Below, one piece after another: positions 45,906 to 56,482 of a stretch of 64,000 bases of DNA (position 1 is the first letter of the stretch; each line of letters opens with the position of its first letter). This DNA is from an uncultured virus (IMG/VR IMGVR_UViG_3300015366_000220) (lineage: Duplodnaviria; Heunggongvirae; Uroviricota; Caudoviricetes). The stretch lies in the IMG/VR virus record IMGVR_UViG_3300015366_000220, one strand, 5' to 3'. The translations under genes were made by a program, and so were the position numbers. The notes under the pieces were generated by a model. The model was not told the origin of the DNA, made no database searches, and saw only the letters and a list, made by a program, of their open reading frames with translations.

Positions 45906-47216
45906 TCAATTAGCAAATGGTGCAGATGTCACCAATGGCATCCCTAAATCCCCAGCAAAATTTGCTGGTCTAGTTGTGCTGGATGGTCTGTTGGTGTTAA
46001 TTTCTGGGTTTGGATTGATTGTGCTTTGTTCACGTTCTATATTTTTTCTGATTTTTCTTAATGATTTTTTAGATGATTCTGTCTGTAAATTATTACAGGA
46101 TGAGCAATTGCCCCCTGTCATAACTGCGCCACATTCAGGACACATTGCGTCTTGAATGTTTTGAACCTGACCCGGTGTCATAGCTATAGCGTGTTCTCTA
46201 TATGAATCTGTACCAATTAATTGCATCTCATTGACAGTTAGGGATAGGTTTGATCCGTGATATTGCTGTGTTGATCCATTAGGGAATTTTATTGTGTGGT
46301 TTGTGGATGTATTATCAGATGCCACAACTTTACCCACATGACCACTATTTACAACTGAACCAACAACTTGCACTGGAGTACCTATTGCAATGTGTCTTTT
46401 TTCAAGATCACCTTTGATATCTTCCTGTACGGCTAGTGTTGCATTATTCAATTCGGCATTTCTTTTATTATAGAGTCTGGCTCTTTGTATCTTTGTGATA
46501 CCACCGCTTCTTGGTAAATGCTTCACCACACCAGTGAATGGGTCAATTGCCTCATTCTGCTGTTTTTTGAAGAACTGCACCTGACGCTCACGTTTCTTTG
46601 CTCCAGAAAGAGTATTATATGTACCCAGATTTTTACCTGTTGATTTTGAAACTAAACGATATTCATCACCAACTTTTACTATATGTTCTTGTATATTTTC
46701 TCTTATTTTATTAAAAGTCTTCAGCTCTGGAGTGCTGTGCATGGTCATCCCAAGATCAATAACTCTTTCCAAGAGCTTTTCTATCTGTTTGGTAAATATT
46801 ATCTTTTCTAAATCCGTGGATTCTTTGAGGTTTATTGAATTGTTGAAAACAAAAATATTATTGTCTTCAGATAGCATCTTTTCTGCCTTCAGAAACCTAT
46901 CAATTCTTTTACTTTCTTTTATTGGACTTCTTAGTTCAGCATTCCTTTCTCTGCTGATTTTATTGGTGACTGATACGAAAATGGTATCAAATGTGTATCC
47001 TTCCATGATACTCTTGGCTAGAAAGATCTTCTCTGAATCCCCGCCAGTGACAACTAGATTTTTGCGTTGTTCTATTAGGTTTGTAGCTGTTCCGGTAAGC
47101 ACTTGGTCAATTTGAACTTCAACCAAATCGAATCTGGATAATATATTCTTTAAAACATAGTCCTTTCCGCTACCAGGAACACCAGTCAAAAATATACCAA
47201 TAGATTGTTTCTGCAT
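45906..47216 (-). CDS. P-loop kinase-like domain fused to putative head-protein modules
   Basis: FLTGVPGSGKD; EHIVK.G..Y.LVSK.TGKNLGTY...GAKKRERQVQFFK module. Confidence 0.65.
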   Translation of the reverse strand: MQKQSIGIFLTGVPGSGKDYVLKNILSRFDLVEVQIDQVLTGTATNLIEQRKNLVVTGGDSEKIFLAKSIMEGYTFDTIFVSVTNKISRERNAELRSPIKESKRIDRFLKAEKMLSEDNNIFVFNNSINLKESTDLEKIIFTKQIEKLLERVIDLGMTMHSTPELKTFNKIRENIQEHIVKVGDEYRLVSKSTGKNLGTYNTLSGAKKRERQVQFFKKQQNEAIDPFTGVVKHLPRSGGITKIQRARLYNKRNAELNNATLAVQEDIKGDLEKRHIAIGTPVQVVGSVVNSGHVGKVVASDNTSTNHTIKFPNGSTQQYHGSNLSLTVNEMQLIGTDSYREHAIAMTPGQVQNIQDAMCPECGAVMTGGNCSSCNNLQTESSKKSLRKIRKNIEREQSTINPNPEINTNRPSSTTRPANFAGDLGMPLVTSAPFAN

Positions 47217-47250
47217 ACCTCAAGCTCCACTCTGTGGGAATTGTTTAATC

Positions 47251-47258
47251 TATTTAGT
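47251..47258 (-). promoter_or_regulatory. late promoter variant
   Basis: ACTAAATA in the gap at the start of the late block. Confidence 0.45.
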
Positions 47259-47270
47259 ATTTTTAAACAC

Positions 47271-47933
47271 TTAGGTATGTATTTTGTGTATTTTATCAAG
47301 ACTCATGTTAGATTTATTTAATTCTGCTACTCGCATGGCAGCAACGAATCTATAATAGTATGGCTTCTCTGACCCATATCGTTTGATTCTGAATCTGGCT
47401 ACTACGTCTTTTGGGGAAAATTTGGATGCTCCGATACCAGCAATATCCTCTCCCATATAATACAATCCATAATTTTTTATCTGTATGTAAAATATCCCAT
47501 TTGCGTTATAATATTCGGTTATTGTTGATGGCTTCAATGGTACAGTAAAACTCCTAAATGTTCTATAATCCTCCACACCATGTTCTTCGGTGAATGTATC
47601 TGGTGGTACGGAGAATTTATTGGGTGTCTTTCCTGTCCAATATTGGTTTATCCTTTCCAGTATTGACTGGTTGGATAGTAAGCTTTTCATGTATTTGGAC
47701 GAATCATTTTTATCTGACCCACCAATAAACCAAGCTTTGTTATTTGTATCATATGACACTGTGCCTTGACCAAAGTCACTTCGCAACCCCAACTTTATTT
47801 CCAATTTATAGTTGATCTTCTTATGTGTGAACTCAGAATCATAATCCTTTGGGGTGAAGTTTTCTGACTGTAACCCATACATTTTCATCGCATCATTAAT
47901 GTACTTCTCGTACACGATGCCATTATTCGACAT
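47271..47933 (-). CDS. possible PD-(D/E)xK nuclease
   Basis: G..YE, D...LEIK and DFGQ spacing. Confidence 0.45.
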   Translation of the reverse strand: MSNNGIVYEKYINDAMKMYGLQSENFTPKDYDSEFTHKKINYKLEIKLGLRSDFGQGTVSYDTNNKAWFIGGSDKNDSSKYMKSLLSNQSILERINQYWTGKTPNKFSVPPDTFTEEHGVEDYRTFRSFTVPLKPSTITEYYNANGIFYIQIKNYGLYYMGEDIAGIGASKFSPKDVVARFRIKRYGSEKPYYYRFVAAMRVAELNKSNMSLDKIHKIHT

Positions 47934-48343
47934 TATCGCTTCCTGATCGCATCTATTTCAGACAGACACGATTTTACTGATTCTATTATTTCCTTATACG
48001 TAGAAGATACTGCTTTAAGATCAATATCCTTTCTTTTGATTGATGTGCCAAGTTTTCGGAGATCGGCTTCTATGGTCTTATTTGTTTCTAATAATTTTGG
48101 CTTTACACCACCATCCGTTTCAATCTTTTTCTTTTCTTCCGTGTATTCATTAAATAGATCAATCTCTTCTTTGTTCACTTTGTAATCATGACCACCACTC
48201 ATATGAACTTTTAGCATCCCTTCACTCAACCACTGTAATCTCTGTTTGAATTCTGTATTATTGGGAGTCTGCATGTACTTGTATTTGTGCATGAGTTCTT
48301 TTTTCAGCTTATTGAGTTCTTTTATCTTACTCATTGTATTCAC
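47933..48343 (-). CDS. hypothetical protein
   Basis: ORF track. Confidence 0.55.
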   Translation of the reverse strand: MNTMSKIKELNKLKKELMHKYKYMQTPNNTEFKQRLQWLSEGMLKVHMSGGHDYKVNKEEIDLFNEYTEEKKKIETDGGVKPKLLETNKTIEADLRKLGTSIKRKDIDLKAVSSTYKEIIESVKSCLSEIDAIRKR

Positions 48344-48981
48344 CTAATATTCTTATATACCTTACGCATGAATTTCTTCCACACATCAATATCATTCTCA
48401 TAAAAATATTTGTTATAGAGAAATATTGCTTCTGATTCTCGCCACGTAATATTACTGGGGCATCGTAGTTTATTTATGTTCAGCTTCCCATACGCGAAGT
48501 CAACAATTGTCTCATATGCATGAGCATCTATTTCGTCACTTGACCCAAAATAATACAACTTATCTCGTATGCCCTTATGTACTGTTTTTGGTGGTATATA
48601 GTTGTCCCCACAGAAGAATATTTTCTTTCGTTTGTATTGTTCTTTATGTCTCAACTCATGATAGAAGATCTTATGTAATTTCATTATTAGTATGTCAGCA
48701 CCACGCTTGGATAAGGAAATCTTCTTTATGTATTTCGGGAATGATAGTGATATTATTATGTGTTCTGGTATACCTACTATTTTCGGACAGTATTCAGCTG
48801 ATACTATGACAGAATGATTCTTATATGATTTACCGACGAATCTGTTGGAGATAAAGTATACCTTATGTGTATTGAATTTAGCATTCAATTTTCTTATCAT
48901 AGATGGTATATAGATATCCCCAACAAACACATCACTCATTTCATTAATCTTTTTACATAAAATAGATAATTTCACAATCAA
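48340..48981 (-). CDS. HExxH zincin-like protein
   Basis: HELRHKEQ and Y.G..DEIDAHA motifs. Confidence 0.6.
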   Translation of the reverse strand: MIVKLSILCKKINEMSDVFVGDIYIPSMIRKLNAKFNTHKVYFISNRFVGKSYKNHSVIVSAEYCPKIVGIPEHIIISLSFPKYIKKISLSKRGADILIMKLHKIFYHELRHKEQYKRKKIFFCGDNYIPPKTVHKGIRDKLYYFGSSDEIDAHAYETIVDFAYGKLNINKLRCPSNITWRESEAIFLYNKYFYENDIDVWKKFMRKVYKNIR

Positions 48982-50381
48982 TCAACTTTAAGCTTATTGA
49001 ACTTGTTACCAAAAGAATTGTTGTTTCGTTCGAATGCTGGTTTCGATTCTCTTGGTTCTGTAGCCACTACTGGTAATTGCTGTGGCTGGTTTTCTGTGAT
49101 GTTATACAGCTTCATCTTACTTCTATCCACCCCAACCATAAATTTCCTATAATAATTCGGATCATTATATCTATTTTTCAGCTGCTTTATCATCATTTGA
49201 TTGAGGTTCTGTAGCTCTTCTGGTGCAACAAGAGCAAACATGAGATCTGCTGTCGCAGGAAGTCCGAAAGATTCACTGGTATCTTCCAAACCAGGATCTT
49301 GACTGTTAAATCCGGCTCTGGTGGTTTGTGTGGCAGACATAACTGGTACATCAAATTCAACAGCCAATCCACGAAGTTCTTCTGCAATGGCTTTGATGTA
49401 TGTGTAGCTGTTTATATTTGATCCGGTTTTGATCCTAGACGATGAACATATATTAAGATAGTCCACGAAGATTATGGAAGGCTTAAAATTCTTCTTCATC
49501 GCAAGATCATTCAATAGTGCCCTGAAATGTGCAGCATTTGCTGATGCAGTTGGATATTCCTTTATTATCAGTCTTCCCTTTATACTTTCTGCCAATCTAC
49601 TCATTCTTCTCTTATATACGTCCTTTGGCATCTTCCTCAGTTCATCCATGGTAACATCAAGGATATTGGCATCGATGCGTTCTGCGATACGTTCTTCCGA
49701 CATTTCCAGTGTAATGTATAGCACATTATAGTTCTGTAGTAATATTGATGCCGCAACGTGGCACATGAATAGGGATTTACCCGCACCAGTTCCACCCAAT
49801 GCGATAATCAGAGATTTTGGTGGGAGACCGCCACCAGTTATTTTATTGAATAATTCAATATCGAACGGAATGCGCTTTTCCAGTTTATGATAAAAATCAT
49901 ACCTATCATCACTATTGGTAATATAATCGTGACCAATGCTAGGATCAAAACTAATAGATAAAGCATCAGTAAGTATAGATGGAATGATTCCTTTGCTGCG
50001 CGTACCATGTTCATCATCAAGGATTTCAATTGATTCGTATATTGCATTGTGGATTGCCTTTTCTTGACAAAATTTCTCAGCAATATCCAATAGCCAATCA
50101 AGCTTTTGTTCTTGCTCAGTCGTGTCGATTCTACCCAAAAGTTCTAAGGAATTATTTAGTTCTGATTCTGATATGTTGTGGCTATCTTCCAGTGATAACT
50201 TTATAGCTGTTGTTGTTGGTAATGTGTTATACTTCTCAACATATTTCCTTATCTCATTTACTATCTTTTTCTCGTATCCCTCTAGGAAGTATTCCGCTTT
50301 GAGGTACGGAAGAGACTTCCTCATGAAATTCTCGTTCTTGATCAGATTCGTTAATATCACTTCTTCTTTCTTCATTGACAA
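48978..50381 (-). CDS. gp41: replicative DNA helicase (T4 gp41-like)
   Basis: GTGAGKS, ITLEMSE, IIKEYPT, VDYLNIC, SATQTTR, SESFGLPATAD and KQLKNRY motifs. Confidence 0.97.
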   Translation of the reverse strand: MSMKKEEVILTNLIKNENFMRKSLPYLKAEYFLEGYEKKIVNEIRKYVEKYNTLPTTTAIKLSLEDSHNISESELNNSLELLGRIDTTEQEQKLDWLLDIAEKFCQEKAIHNAIYESIEILDDEHGTRSKGIIPSILTDALSISFDPSIGHDYITNSDDRYDFYHKLEKRIPFDIELFNKITGGGLPPKSLIIALGGTGAGKSLFMCHVAASILLQNYNVLYITLEMSEERIAERIDANILDVTMDELRKMPKDVYKRRMSRLAESIKGRLIIKEYPTASANAAHFRALLNDLAMKKNFKPSIIFVDYLNICSSSRIKTGSNINSYTYIKAIAEELRGLAVEFDVPVMSATQTTRAGFNSQDPGLEDTSESFGLPATADLMFALVAPEELQNLNQMMIKQLKNRYNDPNYYRKFMVGVDRSKMKLYNITENQPQQLPVVATEPRESKPAFERNNNSFGNKFNKLKVD

Positions 50382-50733
50382 CCTCTTCTGCTGCCGCTAT
50401 TGCATTTTTCAATACACTCAGCATAATATTGTTTGTATAATTACGGAATGCTAATGATTCCAGATTATAATTATTTGGATTATGTAGTACAGACATAGAG
50501 AATGATGTGACACCATCATCATCTATCCTGAAATGAGAGAACTCTACTACCGTATCAGGGTATTTTCTTAGTATTTTTACTGGTATAGATGACTCATTAC
50601 CGACATTATACATCACCATGTAATGTTTGCCAAGTTGGAAGTCCCTACGTAAAAACCACCACAATACCCTATACGATATATTCCGGATGGAATCAATCAT
50701 CTTCATCATCCACATAATCCAATACAATTTCAT
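50254..50733 (-). CDS. hypothetical protein at the T4 gp40 position (start probably MIDSIR)
   Basis: Synteny uvsX-X-gp41. Confidence 0.5.
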   Translation of the reverse strand: MKLYWIMWMMKMIDSIRNISYRVLWWFLRRDFQLGKHYMVMYNVGNESSIPVKILRKYPDTVVEFSHFRIDDDGVTSFSMSVLHNPNNYNLESLAFRNYTNNIMLSVLKNAIAAAEEVVNEERRSDINESDQEREFHEEVSSVPQSGILPRGIREKDSK

Positions 50734-51763
50734 AATCAGAGTTCTTCATAATATCACCAGAAGATAGCTGATATTTTGTCTTAATGAAATCTGTAAATGT
50801 TTTCATCTTTAGGATAGGTAACCAGAAATTAGGTGTATTGGTATCCTTTTCTCTGTATTTCTCTGGCTCCACCACACCCTGATCATTTATTCGTGAATAC
50901 CAACCATTACTTGGCTTAACTACATGACCTGATTCTAGGGCAATATCAAGTAATCCACTCCAACGACTTATTCCGCCATCAAACGTGACTGTTACTGGGA
51001 TCTTGGATTTTTCCTTTACGTATCTGGACTTTTCCACATTGATAATGAAGTTATATCCACTAACTTCCGTGCCATCCTTTTCTTGTTGTCTACCAAGAAT
51101 ATAAATGTTATCTGCTGATAGATATGATCCTGTACCACCACCCACAACATCCTTGGAATACAGTTCCAGAGTCTTATAGGTATGATTAACAGCTACCATT
51201 GGAATGTCTTTTAGGTTCAGGTGTGGTGTGACCAATCTGAACAAGGATTTTATTTGTTTTGGCCTAGACATATCCTGCACCGACTTTTGCTCCATTGCAT
51301 CATCAACTTCCTTCTTGGAAGCAAGCATACCAATAGAATCCACCACAATGATAACATGATCACCACGATTGATCTCGTTTAATTGAGCCATGATGTCAAA
51401 CTTTAGGAGTTCGATATCCGTAAGTGGTACGTGTAGGACTCTATCTTTGTCTATATTAAATGAATCGAAATACTTCAATGGAGTACCGAATTCCGAATCA
51501 TAAAAAATCATAGCAGCATCAGGGTATTTGTCCATATAGGACTTTGCCATCAATAGGGCAAATGCGGTTTTAAAGTGCTTAGATGGTCCGGCAAACATTG
51601 TTAGACCTGGTGTTATACCACCATCAATTCTACCGCTTAATGCGATATTAATGACTGGAATGGGTGTCTGCACCATATCCTTTTTAGTGAAGAATTTTGA
51701 TGTTGATAATACATCCGTCTCTTTAATTGTCGAATTCTTTTTCAACTTATCTATAATAGTCAT
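50693..51763 (-). CDS. uvsX: UvsX RecA-like recombinase
   Basis: AGPSKHFKT, YDSEFG, DSIG.LASKKE and VGGGTG motifs. Confidence 0.97.
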   Translation of the reverse strand: MTIIDKLKKNSTIKETDVLSTSKFFTKKDMVQTPIPVINIALSGRIDGGITPGLTMFAGPSKHFKTAFALLMAKSYMDKYPDAAMIFYDSEFGTPLKYFDSFNIDKDRVLHVPLTDIELLKFDIMAQLNEINRGDHVIIVVDSIGMLASKKEVDDAMEQKSVQDMSRPKQIKSLFRLVTPHLNLKDIPMVAVNHTYKTLELYSKDVVGGGTGSYLSADNIYILGRQQEKDGTEVSGYNFIINVEKSRYVKEKSKIPVTVTFDGGISRWSGLLDIALESGHVVKPSNGWYSRINDQGVVEPEKYREKDTNTPNFWLPILKMKTFTDFIKTKYQLSSGDIMKNSDYEIVLDYVDDEDD

Positions 51764-51783
51764 AGCAAAAACCTCTCAATATA

Positions 51784-54333
51784 CTAAACAAAAAAACCAC
51801 TTATTGTTGATACTCTTTCGGACTTCCATCCTATACAATCCAGAATAGTTGCTAGTGGTGCTAAGAAACTTTTTTCGAATTGTGTATTATAATCTATCCA
51901 CTCATAAATGTCGAATTCTGGTGGTATAGTGTTTAGGAATGCAATTGCATTATTGTGGAATGGGTTAGGTGTTTTCAGATAACAAAACTTTATCTTATTA
52001 CCATCTCTGATTGTCTGATATTTTTTACCCAACTTACCCATAACAATAAACTTATTATATATCAATGCACTCTTTACTTGTATTGGTGCTCCTTTCTTAT
52101 ATACAGATGATGCATCATGATATTGAGCAATACCATTAACGGATCTTGGGAATGATATATCCTCAATCTTTTGTTGTTTGAATTCCTCTCTGAAATCCTC
52201 TATGAAATCTAATAGAGCATCTTCATCACCAGTCATAATTGTTCGTATCGCTTCTTTAATCTTCGTCCTACAGATATATGGAGTAGATGATTTAACCGCT
52301 TCAATCCCCATTATCTTTAGTTCTGGTGTTTCATACCTAACCCCCTCGATATCATATGCATTCATGATGTATCTCTTCTTGGCTGTCCAAATTGCCTTAT
52401 CTGCTAGAGTTTCTCTCTTCATATTCATTTTTTGAGCATATGCATTCATGTAATTCGCGAGATTTTGATATGACTTTTTGATCATTGGTTGTATCTTTTT
52501 CTCGCATACATTATTCATGAAGTCTATTATTTGGATTTTTGGTACATCCTTCGTATCACCATAGGATTTAATAACTAATGGCTCCAGATTGATATAAACA
52601 GAATCTGTGTCCATAGCAATAATATAATCAACATCAGCTGTATCCATTACCTTATTCAGGTAAGAATTTATACTTCTCTCGATCCATTTGATGGATAGTT
52701 TTCCGGCTGATGTGATGGCTTCTGCTATTCGAATATCGAAGAACCTGAAATATTGATTACCCATAGACCCATACGCAGAATTCAGAGTAACCTTCAATGC
52801 CATGTTCATCCCCTTATATTTGGAGATGTCATTCTTTATTTTTTCTATGACCTCTGGATCATCTGTATCCAGACTCTCCAACTTTTTCTTGGATTCTATT
52901 TCCAGAGATTTATATTTTGCTCTATCTTTATACATCGATTCCATTATTTTAGGTAGGAACCCCTGATCATCAATTTTGAAGAATTTACCATTTGGTGTTA
53001 ATGTTATGGCATAATCCTTTAATATCGATAAATTAATTTGTTGATCCAACAGACTATCTACAGATGCAGCAGATACAATATCTGACATATCATCAGAATA
53101 GCTTGTTGGACTTACTAATGTTTCTGGACTTATGTTGTATTGCATCATCAAATGTGGATAGAGACCATCAAGGTCGAATGATACAACATACTTGTACATT
53201 CCGGCTATTGGCTCTTTAACGTATGCGCCACCATATTCTTTATCCTTATCATGCACCAATGGCTGTGGCACTACCACATTTATCTTCTTCAATGCATTAT
53301 ATGTAATGGTATCCCACATTCTCACCTGATAGAAAACATCTTCAAAATTTACTTTGTTGTAATAAGCAACATTTAATACGAGATCGAGTAATTTCTTTTT
53401 ATTGTCAAGCTTCTCCACAAGCAGAATATCTCGAATATTATATTCTATGAATTTCTGATGATCTGATTTATACAACTGGTGTAGTGTTTCGTATTCGGAA
53501 TAATCTAGTTTCCTTTCGCCCAACTCGTAAAATGCCACGGTATCCAGCTGATAATTCTCTTGTGGGGAGAAACCATATTTCTTATATAGCTCAAGATAAT
53601 CAATTGTGGCTATTCCGGATATATCATAATAAATTACATCATTAGAATAGCTATCGGTAGTACGTTTTAGGGATATCTTTTTCCATGGGGATAGTTTTTT
53701 GGCATGATCTTCCCCCATGATATTGGATATTCTATTCACCAAATAAGGTATATCGAATAGTTTTACATTCCAGCCAGTGATGATATCTGGGCAATTTAAA
53801 GTGAAGACATCAATGAACCTTGTTAATAGATCACGTTCGTTTTTACACTTGTGATACTGCACATTAGGATCATCTGTTGTGAAATCACCCACACCAAAAC
53901 TGTATATGGTGTTTCCTATTTTAACTGAAATAGCAGTAACTTCTTCTGTGGCAGAAATAACATCCGGAAATCCATTCTCAGATCCACACTCAATGTCTAT
54001 ATTGGCAATGAGTATTTTTCTCGGATCGAAATCGATATCATCCGTAAACATATCGGAAATGAATGCATACTTGAATTTAGCATTTCCATAGATGGGGAAG
54101 GAATGTACATCCTTGTACTGTTCGATGAAATCTCTACACTCTTTCATGTCTCCGGCTTGCACAGGCTGCACGTATTTACCATCAAGGGTCTTGTATCCAC
54201 TTTCTTTATCAGTAAGGACATAAAGAAGTGGTTTATATTCTATGCGTTGTGCTACTCTCTTACCGTTTTTAATACCACGATATAGAATATTTTTACCATA
54301 AACCTGAACATTAGTGTAGAAATTATCAGACAT
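51784..54333 (-). CDS. gp43: family B DNA polymerase (T4 gp43-like)
   Basis: DIE exonuclease, GWN..FD, SFDLDGLYP, K..LNSAYG, DTDS and KKRY motifs. Confidence 0.98.
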   Translation of the reverse strand: MSDNFYTNVQVYGKNILYRGIKNGKRVAQRIEYKPLLYVLTDKESGYKTLDGKYVQPVQAGDMKECRDFIEQYKDVHSFPIYGNAKFKYAFISDMFTDDIDFDPRKILIANIDIECGSENGFPDVISATEEVTAISVKIGNTIYSFGVGDFTTDDPNVQYHKCKNERDLLTRFIDVFTLNCPDIITGWNVKLFDIPYLVNRISNIMGEDHAKKLSPWKKISLKRTTDSYSNDVIYYDISGIATIDYLELYKKYGFSPQENYQLDTVAFYELGERKLDYSEYETLHQLYKSDHQKFIEYNIRDILLVEKLDNKKKLLDLVLNVAYYNKVNFEDVFYQVRMWDTITYNALKKINVVVPQPLVHDKDKEYGGAYVKEPIAGMYKYVVSFDLDGLYPHLMMQYNISPETLVSPTSYSDDMSDIVSAASVDSLLDQQINLSILKDYAITLTPNGKFFKIDDQGFLPKIMESMYKDRAKYKSLEIESKKKLESLDTDDPEVIEKIKNDISKYKGMNMALKVTLNSAYGSMGNQYFRFFDIRIAEAITSAGKLSIKWIERSINSYLNKVMDTADVDYIIAMDTDSVYINLEPLVIKSYGDTKDVPKIQIIDFMNNVCEKKIQPMIKKSYQNLANYMNAYAQKMNMKRETLADKAIWTAKKRYIMNAYDIEGVRYETPELKIMGIEAVKSSTPYICRTKIKEAIRTIMTGDEDALLDFIEDFREEFKQQKIEDISFPRSVNGIAQYHDASSVYKKGAPIQVKSALIYNKFIVMGKLGKKYQTIRDGNKIKFCYLKTPNPFHNNAIAFLNTIPPEFDIYEWIDYNTQFEKSFLAPLATILDCIGWKSERVSTISGFFV

Positions 54334-54337
54334 TATA

Positions 54338-54652
54338 TTATCCTAGAATGAGTTCCTTTGATGGGGTGATTACTCCACCAAAAATACTATTATAGTGGTT
54401 TCTCATGGTATCATCAACTTCTTCTGATACAATAGCCTTATCTAATTTGATAGTAATGATTTTATTCTTTCCTAGATATGGCATGAATGGGAAGAAACCC
54501 AATCCACGTTGCCCGTCTTCTGTTGCTTGCATACCAACCATAAGAACATTTTTAACTTTTAGTTCTGTTGGTGTAGATTCCACTACTTCTCCAACTAGCT
54601 CCTCACCACTAACCAATTTAATTGCATATACTGTCATATCATACCTCGTCAT
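54338..54652 (-). CDS. conserved T4-like Sm-like-fold protein
   Basis: KLVSGEEL.G, P.MPY and Y...FG..I.P motifs. Confidence 0.65.
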   Translation of the reverse strand: MTRYDMTVYAIKLVSGEELVGEVVESTPTELKVKNVLMVGMQATEDGQRGLGFFPFMPYLGKNKIITIKLDKAIVSEEVDDTMRNHYNSIFGGVITPSKELILG

Positions 54653-54887
54653 CTTGTTGAAAAAAATCTTTTGCTCTAATCATCTTTGTGTGGGAGTATT
54701 TTACTTTAGGTGGATTTTTTGCATATTCCACAATATCCTTATGGGTTACGGGCTGACCATTTTTATAATATACCCCAAGTGCCATTGTCCATGTATCACG
54801 ATAACATATTAAATACCAACCCAATGATTCAGTTATCACTAGGTTGTATTTTTGAAATAATTCCCGTAATTCTATAATAGAATTCAT
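54639..54887 (-). CDS. hypothetical protein
   Basis: ORF track. Confidence 0.5.
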   Translation of the reverse strand: MNSIIELRELFQKYNLVITESLGWYLICYRDTWTMALGVYYKNGQPVTHKDIVEYAKNPPKVKYSHTKMIRAKDFFQQDDEV

Positions 54888-55062
54888 TAAGTTGTTTCTG
54901 TAGATGGTCTCTTATTCTTCGCTGTTATGTAAGATTGCTCTGCCGCCACAAATGCATTCCTGATGTCACCATGTTGGTGTTTAGTGTTGTATCCCAATGC
55001 CATACTCATTAGTAATGTACGCTTGATTTCTCTTGGTAATTTAACTGTATCTCTTTTAGTGC

Positions 55063-55767
55063 TCATTTTGTCTCCACATTTAATATGTCTTTACATTTGT
55101 TCCAAAATCTCTCTTGCTGCCCCTCATGGAAGGATTGCCAGCAATGCCAGAATAACGCCATTTCGCCTATATCTTCCCCTATGACACCATAAGTAGTGCC
55201 TATACCATATGTGGGCATCCCATCTGCAAGTCTCCAGAATGGCTCTGTATTGGTCTCCCAAGCCATACGTATTGGTGGTGCTTCAAATGACATAGGCATC
55301 AACAGCTGAACATGCACATTATTCTCTTCTGCTTTATATGTCAATTCTTCGGCAACATCCCCACGATGTGTTTCCAGACAAGATGGTGCACCTAGTTTGT
55401 CATATGTTTCGAGCGAAAATGCGATATTATGCGCACCAGCAAATACGTGCTGGTTATTCTCTATATGATTACTACGTTGAGCATCACCCACCAACATACC
55501 ACTATACGCACATGCAAACATATAATCTATTGATTGTTCAGTTAATGGTACACAATCAATATCCAAAAACATAACAGCATCATGCCCCTTATTGCGTAGC
55601 ATTGGAATCAACCCATCCATAGTATACCCATGTCTCATATCACTTAATACCTGATAAAACGCCACATTGGATTTGTTGAATTTATCAACTACCTTTTTCT
55701 GGTATACTAGTGTGTTCTCGTTTATATTCCTCATGAAAATAGAAACGATACAAGGATTATTTGTCAT
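55063..55767 (-). CDS. GT-A/nucleotide-diphospho-sugar transferase-like protein
   Basis: FLDIDCVPL DxD motif; neighbours are a GT2 and a methyltransferase. Confidence 0.55.
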   Translation of the reverse strand: MTNNPCIVSIFMRNINENTLVYQKKVVDKFNKSNVAFYQVLSDMRHGYTMDGLIPMLRNKGHDAVMFLDIDCVPLTEQSIDYMFACAYSGMLVGDAQRSNHIENNQHVFAGAHNIAFSLETYDKLGAPSCLETHRGDVAEELTYKAEENNVHVQLLMPMSFEAPPIRMAWETNTEPFWRLADGMPTYGIGTTYGVIGEDIGEMALFWHCWQSFHEGQQERFWNKCKDILNVETK

Positions 55768-55768
55768 A

Positions 55769-56482
55769 TTATTTCACCTTTTCGCATACTGCAACATAAT
55801 AACCATTCCACCACAATTCCCTGTCTCCATTATAATTAGCGGGTAATTCCCATTCCTTATGCACCTTAACACCAGTCAAATCAATAGCACGTCTGGTTCC
55901 TTTTTTCACATCATCTGAATTCCAATCATCTACGATGAAAATGAACACATCATCCAAAAAGAAGTAATAATGGGTTAATGCATACACATGATCCTTTTCA
56001 GTATGACCACCATCATATAAATATACATTAAATAGACCACTAGATACATTAGCCTTTTTCATAAACCTCAATTCATCATGCAATGCAAGGAATTGATGAT
56101 CTGGTAGATTAAAGCAATCCGAATTATACATTGTATAATTATTGATATCATTGGATTTCATATTGGTTTCGAATATGTTTTTGATATCATACGTGCCATG
56201 CACATCAGTGCCAAACTGAGAGAAGTTATCAATTGCCAGCGCAAATTGTGGCTTATTCTTATAAAGGGCAGAAACAAAAGTGGATCCCATCCAAACACCA
56301 ATCTCCAAATATCTTGTGTTTATATCATCGACAATCTCATTAAGAAATATTCTTATTTTAGATGATGACATTCCAACAATATCTAGTTGTGCTTGTTCCA
56401 ACTTTGTTGAATTATTGTTTGCTTGATTTATCGCATACTCTACCCTTGAGATGTACGACTTTACTGTTTGTTCTTTTTCCAA
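55769..56482 (-). CDS. class I SAM-dependent methyltransferase (Methyltransf_24-like)
   Basis: YLEIGVWMGST, YDGGH and VDDWN motifs. Confidence 0.8.
   Translation of the reverse strand: MEKEQTVKSYISRVEYAINQANNNSTKLEQAQLDIVGMSSSKIRIFLNEIVDDINTRYLEIGVWMGSTFVSALYKNKPQFALAIDNFSQFGTDVHGTYDIKNIFETNMKSNDINNYTMYNSDCFNLPDHQFLALHDELRFMKKANVSSGLFNVYLYDGGHTEKDHVYALTHYYFFLDDVFIFIVDDWNSDDVKKGTRRAIDLTGVKVHKEWELPANYNGDRELWWNGYYVAVCEKVK

Noticed and set aside
27832..54333. Introns or inteins in nrdA, gp41, uvsX or gp43
   Set aside because: The ORFs are continuous, of ordinary length, and their motifs are normally spaced.
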